Source: Candidatus Iainarchaeum sp. (GTDB lineage Archaea; Iainarchaeota; Iainarchaeia; Iainarchaeales; JACQJH01). From it: a stretch of DNA of 32,000 bases. Made by a program: the position numbers and the translations under genes. This document shows positions 1 through 7,131 of the stretch, piece after piece. The DNA lies in the NCBI GenBank assembly GCA_016205145.1, contig JACQJH010000001.1:60001-92000 (forward strand), written 5' to 3'. Position 1 is the first letter of the stretch; every line of letters begins with the position of its first letter. Under the pieces are notes generated by a model. That model searched no databases, had not been told where the DNA came from, and saw only the letters and a list, made by a program, of their open reading frames with translations.

Positions 1-776
1 GCAATCGGCACGGATGATTTCGGTTCAAAGCCGTTTGCCGTGAAGGATGCGAGCAAAGTGCCGCAGTCCCTTTCCGATTTTACCGAAAAGCTTCCACCGC
101 TGAAAACAACCCTGTCATAGCCGGGGTTTCCTGAAATCTCGAATTTTTTCTTTCCGGTCGAGCACCTGAGTTCGGCCATCACTGAGCGGTCGTCGATAAT
201 TTTTTTGGTTTCCGAGTTAACAACAACAACGGTTTTTTCGCCTGCCTGAAGTTCGGCTTCCGGGCCGCCTCCAATGTACGACAACACCACCCTGGATGCT
301 TCGCCGCTTTTGAGTTCAAGTTTGCCGGAAAATGCGGCAAAGCCTTCAGCCGAAACCGTGACATCGGCTTCAACGCTTTCCCTGGGCAGGCCAAACGCGG
401 CTTCGCCCCAGGCGTCCGTCGCTTTCTCGCTTTCCAGGCCTTCGCCTGAAACCTTCACGTCCGCGTTTTCGACAAAGTTTCCGAGAGCGTCGGCAACAAG
501 GATTTTTGCGGAAAACGCGTGCGGGAAAAAAGATTCAAGCAGTTTGAAAAAGCCCGGGCCGAACGAGGAAAAAGCGAAGGCCGCAAGAACAAGCAGAATG
601 GCAAACAGCAGTATTGCCAGCGGAAACGACGGCACTATCCTGTCAATGGGGTCGACGACCGCGTAGACCGGCACTCCTTTTCCGTGCAGCCAGTCCAGGA
701 GACTGTAGTATTTGTCCTCAAGCGAATAATACGCTTCCTTAAACGAATCAATGATGCCCAATGCCCGCACCGCCAA
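1..776 (-). CDS. Hypothetical membrane-anchored protein, N-terminal part only (ORF leaves the window at position 1)
   Basis: Stop-free minus-strand frame from 776 to 1, absent from the ORF track because it has no in-window stop. No ATG; candidate starts are TTG 776 or GTG 770. The translation starts ...DWLHGKGVPVYAVVDPIDRIVPSFPLAILLFAILLVLAAFAF (one TM helix), followed by a beta-rich segment (VKVSGEGLESEKATDAWGEAAF...TVSAEGFAAFSGKLELKSGE...). TATA-like TTAAATAT lies about 35 nt upstream. Confidence 0.5.
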   Translation of the reverse strand, partial: MAVRALGIIDSFKEAYYSLEDKYYSLLDWLHGKGVPVYAVVDPIDRIVPSFPLAILLFAILLVLAAFAFSSFGPGFFKLLESFFPHAFSAKILVADALGNFVENADVKVSGEGLESEKATDAWGEAAFGLPRESVEADVTVSAEGFAAFSGKLELKSGEASRVVLSYIGGGPEAELQAGEKTVVVVNSETKKIIDDRSVMAELRCSTGKKKFEISGNPGYDRVVFSGGSFSVKSERDCGTLLASFTANGFEPKSSVPI

Positions 777-876
777 AACCGGCTCTTTGATGTAAGAAAG
801 AGTTTATCATATTTAATAGTTTTTGGGGTTCTGGAAAAAAGCTTTTATTCGGCTGGCCTCGACTTCCTATGATAGC

Positions 877-1140
877 ATGCCTAAAATCAGGATAGAATAC
901 GACCGAGAAAACTGCATCGGGGCTTTCGCCTGCCTGGCAGTGCATCCCGATCTCTGGAAAAAAAACGATTCCGACAACAAGGCAGACCTTGAAGGCGGAA
1001 AGGAAAGCTCTGGAAAGTGGGTCAGGGAAATAGAATGCAGCGAGGATGAAAAGGAAAAAATCGTGTCAAGCGCCGAAGTCTGCCCCGTGCGCGTGATAAA
1101 AATCATTGACACGGAAACAGGTGCAGTCTTGGTCCAATAA
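877..1140 (+). CDS. Small single-cluster ferredoxin-like protein
   Basis: ORF 823..1140 trimmed to ATG 877 (MPKIRIEYDRENCIGAFAC...ECSEDE...AEVCPVRVIKI). It has four Cys, including a terminal CP motif, as in mono-cluster ferredoxins. TATA-like CTTTTATT (842-849) lies about 30 nt upstream of ATG 877. Confidence 0.6.
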   Translation: MPKIRIEYDRENCIGAFACLAVHPDLWKKNDSDNKADLEGGKESSGKWVREIECSEDEKEKIVSSAEVCPVRVIKIIDTETGAVLVQ

Positions 1141-1195
1141 CAGCACAGGCCCAAACAGTTCCTGCTGGTGCGAAGGCGGTTTCCAAAGTTTTGCT

Positions 1196-3319
1196 TCACG
1201 CCTGCCCCAGCTGCTTTTTGACCGCCAGCGCGGTCTTTTCCCCGATTATGCGCGACAAATCTTTCACGTCGATGTTTTTCATGTCCGCAATGCCTTTCAC
1301 ATTGGCGCGGAACAGCTTTCTTGCGCGAATCCTGCCTATGCCCCTGAATTCCGTCAAAACAATCAGCTCTTCCTTCACGCCGTGCACTATCCTCTTTCTA
1401 AGCTTTGCCAGTGGCATGTAGTGCGGCCTTGCCTCCAGCAGCATTGCAAGCTCCAGCATTGAATAGCAGAGCCAGTCGCAGATTTTGGTTTTCGAGTAAA
1501 GCGAGCCCGGATACATGGCATATTTTTTTAACAGCTCTTCCTCGGAAGTTTCCGAAATCCAGTCGTTGAGCAATTGCGCGGAAAGGAATTTTCCAAGCAA
1601 CTGGTTGTCCTCGAACATTTCAACGTCGACATTGACCGGAAGCAGGGCTTTTTCAGCCTGCAGCTGTTCCCATAATTCAGCCTCGTTCCTTTTTCCCACG
1701 CGCGGCAAAGGCATCATTTCAGAACAGCTTGAAACAGTGAAAAGATAGCCTAGTTCTACGGCCTTTCCCGCCTTCAGCGCCTTAATCATGCCGAACGCCG
1801 ACAAGGGGTCCAAGTAAAGTTCCGACACGCGTCTTCCTATGGGCGTGGCGACAAATTTTTTCGCGTCACTTTCCACAAAACCCATTTCCTGCAATTCGAG
1901 GACGATTGACTGGAGTTTTGAGAAAAACACGCGGTTGTTTGAGAACTGCCTGAAATAAAGCGTTTTTGAAAAAAACTCTTCCATCGAAGCCAGATCGAAA
2001 ACGAAGCCTCCGGCGATCAGCGCCAAAAAATGTGCGCGCAGAATCTGTTGAATGCCGAGTTGCGAGTGAACCGGCTCCACGTCGCCTTTCACGAAATTTT
2101 CCAAAAAGTCGTCCGCTTCAATCTCGCTTTTCGCCAGAATCATGGACCTGCCCTCGGAATCGAATTTCGGCCTGCCGGCGCGGCCCGCCATTTGGCGGTA
2201 TTCTCTGACCGGAATCCTTTCCATGGAAAAAGCGCCGTAACGGTAAACCGATGTTATGGCAACCGTGTGCGCCGGCAAATTTAATCCCGCGCTTAAAGTG
2301 GGCGTCGCGCACACGACTTTGACCTCGTTTTTCCTGAACGAATCCTCGACCACTTCGCGCTGTTTCTGCATCAGGCCGGCGTGGTGGAATGCAGCGCCTT
2401 TTCCTATCTGGCCGGCAATCTTCCTGCACTGGTCCGTGGGATTTTCAAGCGCATTCAAGGCGCTTTCGGACCGCTTCTGCAGCACCGCCTTTTCGTTTTC
2501 GCCAAGCATTTTTGCGGAAATCGCGGACAGCTTTTCCGCCAGGCTTTCCGCCCTTTTGCGGGTGTTCGCGAAAACCAGCAGCTGCTTGCCCTTCTTGTGC
2601 AAAGTGTCGAAAGCGATTGTTTCAATCGCGTCATCCGAGCCGGCGACAGGTATTTCCTCAGTGTGTTTTTCCGCCTCGAACCTGCCGTCAACAAAGACGC
2701 CTTCAACCAGCTTTACGGGCCTGAAATCGCTTTCAACGAGCTTTGCTTCAAGCCAGCCCGCCAGCTCCTTCGCATTCGGAATCGTTGCCGACAAGGCCAG
2801 AACCTGCATTTTCGGGTTCACGAACTTGAATTTTGTCATGACGATTTCAAGGGTCGGGCCGCGGTCGGAATCGATTGAATGCACTTCGTCGACGACTAGC
2901 AGGCCCACGGAGTTCAGCCAGCCGGCCTTGTGGCGGAGAAGGGAATCCAATTTTTCATAAGTCGTGAAAACGATGTCATAGTTTTCCAGCCGTTTGCCGC
3001 TCGCATCGAGGTCGCCTGTGGACAAAGCAGCCTTCACTGACAACTGTTTCGAGTATTTTTTCTTGAAATCGTTGTAGTGTTCCGCGGCAAGCGCGCGCAA
3101 AGGACAGGTGTAAACGGCTTTTTTGCGGTTGTTCAGAATCGAGTTGAGGCCAGCCAGCTCGGCTATAATCGTCTTGCCTGAAGCAGTGGGCGAGCTGATG
3201 ACAGTGCTTTCGCTGATCGCGCCTTTTGCGATTGCCTGCGCCTGCATTTCATTGAAGGCTTGAAAGCCGTTCGCTTCGAGGACGATTTTTTGGATGTCGG
3301 ATTCCGGCACTGTGCTCAC
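1196..3319 (-). CDS. hel308: Hel308/Ski2-like DNA helicase
   Basis: 707 aa. Walker A SSPTASGKT, motif II DEVH, motif III SAT, motif VI QMAGRAGRP, and a C-terminal helix-hairpin-helix domain (GIGRIRARKLF). Start codon is GTG at 3319; the exact start is uncertain. Confidence 0.93.
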   Translation of the reverse strand: MSTVPESDIQKIVLEANGFQAFNEMQAQAIAKGAISESTVISSPTASGKTIIAELAGLNSILNNRKKAVYTCPLRALAAEHYNDFKKKYSKQLSVKAALSTGDLDASGKRLENYDIVFTTYEKLDSLLRHKAGWLNSVGLLVVDEVHSIDSDRGPTLEIVMTKFKFVNPKMQVLALSATIPNAKELAGWLEAKLVESDFRPVKLVEGVFVDGRFEAEKHTEEIPVAGSDDAIETIAFDTLHKKGKQLLVFANTRKRAESLAEKLSAISAKMLGENEKAVLQKRSESALNALENPTDQCRKIAGQIGKGAAFHHAGLMQKQREVVEDSFRKNEVKVVCATPTLSAGLNLPAHTVAITSVYRYGAFSMERIPVREYRQMAGRAGRPKFDSEGRSMILAKSEIEADDFLENFVKGDVEPVHSQLGIQQILRAHFLALIAGGFVFDLASMEEFFSKTLYFRQFSNNRVFFSKLQSIVLELQEMGFVESDAKKFVATPIGRRVSELYLDPLSAFGMIKALKAGKAVELGYLFTVSSCSEMMPLPRVGKRNEAELWEQLQAEKALLPVNVDVEMFEDNQLLGKFLSAQLLNDWISETSEEELLKKYAMYPGSLYSKTKICDWLCYSMLELAMLLEARPHYMPLAKLRKRIVHGVKEELIVLTEFRGIGRIRARKLFRANVKGIADMKNIDVKDLSRIIGEKTALAVKKQLGQA

Positions 3320-3329
3320 TCAAAAGATT

Positions 3330-3552
3330 GGCTGGAAAAGTTGAAAAAGCTGCAGGCGGGCTCCACCCATCGGAACCTTAAATATCAAATGCGGGGCGCA
3401 GATGGGTATCGAGCAACGCGAGATGCTCCGGAATCCAAAGATTCCGGGCACGCCGCAAAATCCAGGATTTTGCAAAGTACCCGTCGTCGAACCAGCCGGG
3501 CGAAACCGGCTTTGGGGTGGTGTGGGAGGAAGGCATTGCCTTCCCCCCGAAA
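3330..3552. ncRNA. Candidate structured non-coding RNA, family and strand unresolved
   Basis: No credible ORF; the only frames are R/G/P-rich. A 9-bp helix (3401-3409/3477-3485) encloses three hairpins (3411-3428, 3428-3447, 3456-3472). Further hairpins lie at 3495-3510 and 3524-3547. Weak resemblance to RNase P CR-I (GGGCTCCA 3358-3365) and CR-V (GAAACCGGCTTT 3502-3513). Confidence 0.35.
3486..3511 (+). repeat. Copy 1 of a dispersed 26-nt hairpin motif, GTCGAACCAGCCGGGCGAAACCGGCT
   Basis: Matches the minus-strand sequence at 14156-14181 in 25 of 26 positions. The single difference lies in the loop of the GCCGG/CCGGC hairpin. Confidence 0.9.
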
Positions 3553-3795
3553 TCACGCGTCCTGGTTTTGTGGTGTTTCTTTTATGGTTAGGTAGTTGAA
3601 GGCGCTTTGCATGGCAGCAATTGCCTTTGGCAGGTCTGAAACCTTGAAATAACTGGTTTTCTGCCACCTGTCATCCTTGTCCTTGTAGGACTTGTCAAGC
3701 GAAACCGTCGTGAAGGTTTTGCCTTCTTTTGTTTCGTTTTCCCAGATTGCGACTTGCACGCCTCCCGCCGAAAACTTTTTTACCGGTGCGGACAT
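3553..3795 (-). CDS. Small PC4/YdbC-like putative ssDNA-binding protein
   Basis: 80 aa (MSAPVKKFSAGGVQVAIWENETKEGKTFTTVSLDKSYKDKDDRWQKTSYFKVSDLPKAIAAMQSAFNYL). The pattern resembles prokaryotic PC4-like proteins. A strong Shine-Dalgarno AAGGAGG lies 7 nt upstream of the ATG. The CDS call is solid; the product call is tentative. Confidence 0.6.
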   Translation of the reverse strand: MSAPVKKFSAGGVQVAIWENETKEGKTFTTVSLDKSYKDKDDRWQKTSYFKVSDLPKAIAAMQSAFNYLTIKETPQNQDA

Positions 3796-3820
3796 TTTTT
3801 TGCCTCCTTTGCCTCAATTG

Positions 3821-3850
3821 AACAGTCCCCTGAGGGACTGTTTTTTTTCT
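3821..3850 (+). terminator. Perfect 9-bp hairpin (AACAGTCCC-CTGA-GGGACTGTT) followed by a T-run on the + strand
   Basis: Read directly from the sequence. The intrinsic-terminator-like orientation is +, yet no + strand gene lies upstream. It may instead be a 5'-UTR hairpin of the minus-strand gene that starts at 3795. Confidence 0.35.
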
Positions 3851-4099
3851 TTGTAAGTGGGAACGAACCTGATGATCCTGTCTTCAAACATTTGCCTCAC
3901 CTTCCATGAATTCAGCGCCGTAGCCGGCGTAAATGCTTTTCTGCCTTTTTTCCCCGAAAATGATTCCAAGCATTTTTCCATCACCTGCAATAGCTTTGTT
4001 TGAGGCGGTTAAAATGCAGGGGCAAGGGGAGTGGATTTCCCGTGAATTGGTTTTCCAATCTCTCCGCTTTTTATGCTCCCAAGCCATAATATGGTAATG

Positions 4100-4320
4100 A
4101 GGTTTTTGCGGAGGCGACCCCGCGGGCGGCCGCAAGAGCAGGGAGGGCAGGGCAGTCCGGAATCTCCTGGTCCGGATGGCGGGCCAAAACTGGTTGAGTT
4201 GCTTCAGTCCAGCGGCAGTCTGGCGGACAGCCGGGATGTTTTGGAGAATCCGCATGGCTTTAAGGCCAAATTTAGGCGATGGTTAGCGCGGTTAAGGCGC
4301 AGGAATGGCGGTTGATTTTT
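4100..4320. ncRNA. Candidate structured non-coding RNA in a GC-rich, ORF-poor spacer, family unresolved
   Basis: A visibly GC-rich stretch whose only ORFs translate to R/G/P-rich nonsense. TATA-like ATAATAT at 4086-4092. Palindromes GCGGCCGC (4126-4133) and TCCGGA x2 (4156-4161, 4171-4176). CAGTCCGG (4153-4160) is complementary to CCGGGATG (4231-4238). Hairpin GCGC/GCGC at 4286-4300, then T5 at 4316-4320. Confidence 0.3.
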
Positions 4321-4324
4321 CCGT

Positions 4325-4972
4325 TCAGCTTTTCGCCCATTTCATTATTTCCGCGCCTGCTTCGAGGTTGGCGTCGATTTCCTGGATTTTTTCTTCAAGT
4401 TCCTTTATTTTTTTCCCGGCTTCTTCCATGCGGAAGGTTTTCAGGTCCTCCGCGAACTTTCCCACTTTCTGGTCCTTTTTGTAGACTATGCTGCTTTTCA
4501 CGGTTTCAGTCAGCTGCTTCCTGTATTCAAGGTCCTTGACGAACATCTTCACCATCGGCTTCCAGCGCGGGTCCGCTACAAGATGGGCGGGCAGTTTGAC
4601 TGTTTCGGTGTCCTGCCTGTAGTCCTTGTCGGTTGCAAGCCTGTAAACGTGCTGCCAGTAAAGCTTTTCCTTGAATTTTTTGATGTTCTGCGTCAAATCG
4701 TAATGCTGGGCCTCGGAAAACTTTTTCTTCCAGTCCGAGTGCTTTGACAGCAGGTATTTTTTGGTTTCGTTCAGTTCGGACATGTCCTGCTCTATTTTTG
4801 CAGGCGTGGGATAGATGAGCATTGGCCAGTCCCTGTCTTTTCCGGAAACCCTTATGACCGTGCCGTTTGAAAGGTATTGTTTGAGCGCAGTGCCGCGCTT
4901 GGATTCCTTTTCCGCTTCAAGATGGGAAAACTTTTCAAGGAATTTGTCAAAGCGCGAAAAAATCTCCGGCAT
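4325..4972 (-). CDS. Hypothetical Lys/Glu-rich protein
   Basis: ORF 4325..4981 (TTG) trimmed to ATG 4972 (MPEIFSRFDKFLEKF...). Protein-like composition with a predicted helical C-terminus. TATA-like TTATTAAC lies about 31 nt upstream. No family recognised. Confidence 0.65.
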   Translation of the reverse strand: MPEIFSRFDKFLEKFSHLEAEKESKRGTALKQYLSNGTVIRVSGKDRDWPMLIYPTPAKIEQDMSELNETKKYLLSKHSDWKKKFSEAQHYDLTQNIKKFKEKLYWQHVYRLATDKDYRQDTETVKLPAHLVADPRWKPMVKMFVKDLEYRKQLTETVKSSIVYKKDQKVGKFAEDLKTFRMEEAGKKIKELEEKIQEIDANLEAGAEIMKWAKS

Positions 4973-5067
4973 GCAGAACAAGTTTTAACGCAAAGCGGTT
5001 AATAAGCCTTCAGTTTTTTTTGGCAAATGATTAAAAAAACAAGCAAGGAAAATTTCACTGTGATTGA

Positions 5068-5415
5068 ATGTTTCCAGGCATGAGGGGCGGCATTGATCCG
5101 AAGCAGATGCAGAGGATGCTGAAGCAGTTCGGCATAAAATCGGAAGAGCTTGACGCAAAACGCGTTGTGTTCGAGCTGCCCGGCGGCAAAAACCTTGTCG
5201 TCAACAACCCTTCCGTCACGGTTGTCGACATGCAGGGCAAGAAAACTTTCACTGTCATGGGCGAAACCAGCGAAGCCAGCCAGGAACTTCCGAAAGCTGA
5301 CATTGAAATGGTTGCCAAGCAGGCGAACGTTGACTTGAAAAAAGCCGAAGCCGCCTTGAAGAAAAACGAAGGCGACATTGCCTCGGCCATATTGGAGCTG
5401 AAAGGCGAGCAATAA
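5068..5415 (+). CDS. nac: Nascent polypeptide-associated complex protein (archaeal NAC)
   Basis: 115 aa. NAC domain (KRVVFELPGGKNLVVNNPSVTVVDMQGKKTFTVMGE) plus a C-terminal UBA-like tail (KKNEGDIASAILELK). Confidence 0.9.
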   Translation: MFPGMRGGIDPKQMQRMLKQFGIKSEELDAKRVVFELPGGKNLVVNNPSVTVVDMQGKKTFTVMGETSEASQELPKADIEMVAKQANVDLKKAEAALKKNEGDIASAILELKGEQ

Positions 5416-5966
5416 AAAAGATAAAATATTAAATTTTAAGAAAAAGTTTCTTTCCTTTGCTGTCTTCGAATATTCCCATATACATAATCGCCGCTTCTTC
5501 TCCCTTGCCTTTGCCCGATTGCCCGCCAGTCCGGCGAATCGTTCTGCCCGCGCATACATAACAAATAAGCTTTTTTTAGGCTTTTTTTCGCCAAAAACGC
5601 GTCAAAAAACCCCAGTTTACTAAACAGAGTTAAAAGAGAGGTTTTTTTACCGAAAAGCTTTTTAATGACTTTAAACATCTTTTTGCCGGGGAAGAAAAGT
5701 GGAAAATTTTTCTTTAAGCGAGCAAGGTTGTCTTTCTCTCCAAAAAGCCATCGAGCTCGGAAACCTTCTGAGTAAAGGCGGAACATCCCTTCCCGACTCT
5801 GAAACAGCCTTCCGGAAAAAATTCCGGTAACGCTTTTCTTCCCGCCCCTTTTTTGTGCCGCGTTACCATCGGGCGCATTTTTGTTCGATTGCACCGAAAC
5901 CAAGGCTTATCGCTGTTGCAATACGCTGAGTGTGCTGTTCCATTTTTTCGCTTCGCCAAACGCGGA

Positions 5967-5975
5967 TTTTATTAA
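5967..5975 (+). promoter_or_regulatory. TATA-like box (TTTTATTAA) for the leaderless gene starting at 5999
   Basis: The box centre lies about 28 nt upstream of ATG 5999, and there is no Shine-Dalgarno sequence between them. Confidence 0.4.
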
Positions 5976-5998
5976 CGTGAACGCCAATTTAATTTGTC

Positions 5999-6613
5999 AT
6001 GGCGGTCAGGGGCAACAAGCCGGTTTTGTTTTCGATTGACCATGAACCTGCCCCGATTGAGGCCAGGTTGGCTGAATTTAAAGAAGCAATTAATGGAAAG
6101 AGTGTTCTTTTCATAGAACTGCCTGTTCAATTTGTCCGGCAACTGATTGAATTGCAGGAGTCTAATAGAATTTATATGCTGGGCCCGTCTTACCAGCTTC
6201 TTGTATTGGTTGCGCATAAGGCCGGTCTTATGATTGTCGGTTTGGATAATAATAAGTATCATGGCAGGTTTTGGCGCACAGTAGAAGATAACGCAAAGCC
6301 GGGGGGAACGGCAAACCTTGACAAAAAAAGTGACCTTTTTTATTTGAACCTTAACAAGCGCGAAAAGGATTGGTGCAGACAGCTTGCCGGAGTTGGCTCT
6401 AAAGCCATAGTTGTAATGAATCCGGTTCACGCGGCAGAGATTGCAAGGCGTCTGCAAATCCCGCAGGAAAACATATTGGGAACGTTGCGGGAAGAACCAC
6501 AAAGCAGGGCGTTGGCAGAAAAGCGGGCAGAGGGAATTGAAACCGAACGGTTGGACAGAAGACGCAGAAGAGCCGAACAGCGGAAACGCAGAGGGCCTAA
6601 CAGGGAACCGTGA
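5999..6613 (+). CDS. Hypothetical protein with an Arg-rich C-terminal tail
   Basis: 204 aa. The globular N-terminal ~165 aa is followed by EKRAEGIETERLDRRRRRAEQRKRRGPNREP. The stop lies 5 nt before the next gene's ATG. No family recognised. Confidence 0.6.
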   Translation: MAVRGNKPVLFSIDHEPAPIEARLAEFKEAINGKSVLFIELPVQFVRQLIELQESNRIYMLGPSYQLLVLVAHKAGLMIVGLDNNKYHGRFWRTVEDNAKPGGTANLDKKSDLFYLNLNKREKDWCRQLAGVGSKAIVVMNPVHAAEIARRLQIPQENILGTLREEPQSRALAEKRAEGIETERLDRRRRRAEQRKRRGPNREP

Positions 6614-6618
6614 TTTTT

Positions 6619-7125
6619 ATGGCGCTGAAAATCGTTTTGACCGGCTCGCCCGGCACCGGCAAGTCTTCAGTTGCAAAAATTCTCGCAAAAAAGCTTAACG
6701 CGCAGGTCGTCAACGACCTTGATTTCTGCAAAAAGAACCGCATCGGCGCGTTCGACCGCAAGGCAAAGGAACGGGTTGTGCCGGTCGAGCGGCTTGAACG
6801 CGCCCTGAAAAAATTCCTCGCCAAAACGCCGGCAAAAAATGCGAAAAGCGTTATTCTTGAAGGCCATTTGCTGTGTGAAATCAGCATTCCCTGCGACGCC
6901 GTTGTTGTGTTGCGCCTTGCCCCGGAAAAGCTTGAAAAGCGGCTTGCGAAACGCGGCTATCCTGAAGTGAAAGTTTTGGACAACGTTTTTTGCGAGGAAA
7001 CCGGCTACTGCAAGACGCGGGTTTTAAGAAACTATCCGGCAAATAAATTAGTTGAAATTGTTTCTTCGGATCCGGCGGAAAAAACCGCCAAAAAAATTTT
7101 GGATTGTCCTGCTTTGAGGGGTTGA
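6619..7125 (+). CDS. Fap7/AK6-type nucleoside-triphosphatase (putative adenylate kinase)
   Basis: ORF 6610 (GTG) trimmed to ATG 6619. P-loop GSPGTGKSS, and the EGH and LAKRGY motifs arranged as in archaeal Fap7 homologues. 168 aa. Confidence 0.8.
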   Translation: MALKIVLTGSPGTGKSSVAKILAKKLNAQVVNDLDFCKKNRIGAFDRKAKERVVPVERLERALKKFLAKTPAKNAKSVILEGHLLCEISIPCDAVVVLRLAPEKLEKRLAKRGYPEVKVLDNVFCEETGYCKTRVLRNYPANKLVEIVSSDPAEKTAKKILDCPALRG

Positions 7126-7131
7126 CTTTCT

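Noticed and set aside
3884-4255. 123-aa minus-strand ORF in the 3880-4324 spacer
   Set aside because: Most of it is R/P/A-rich and coincides with GC-rich palindromes. Only the last ~29 codons look protein-like, which is too short to call.
5436-5903. 155-aa minus-strand ORF (and 5714..5959) downstream of nac
   Set aside because: Highly basic, Phe/Gly-rich and overlapped by another frame, with no start context or motif. It is kept as an open question in the findings rather than called as a gene.
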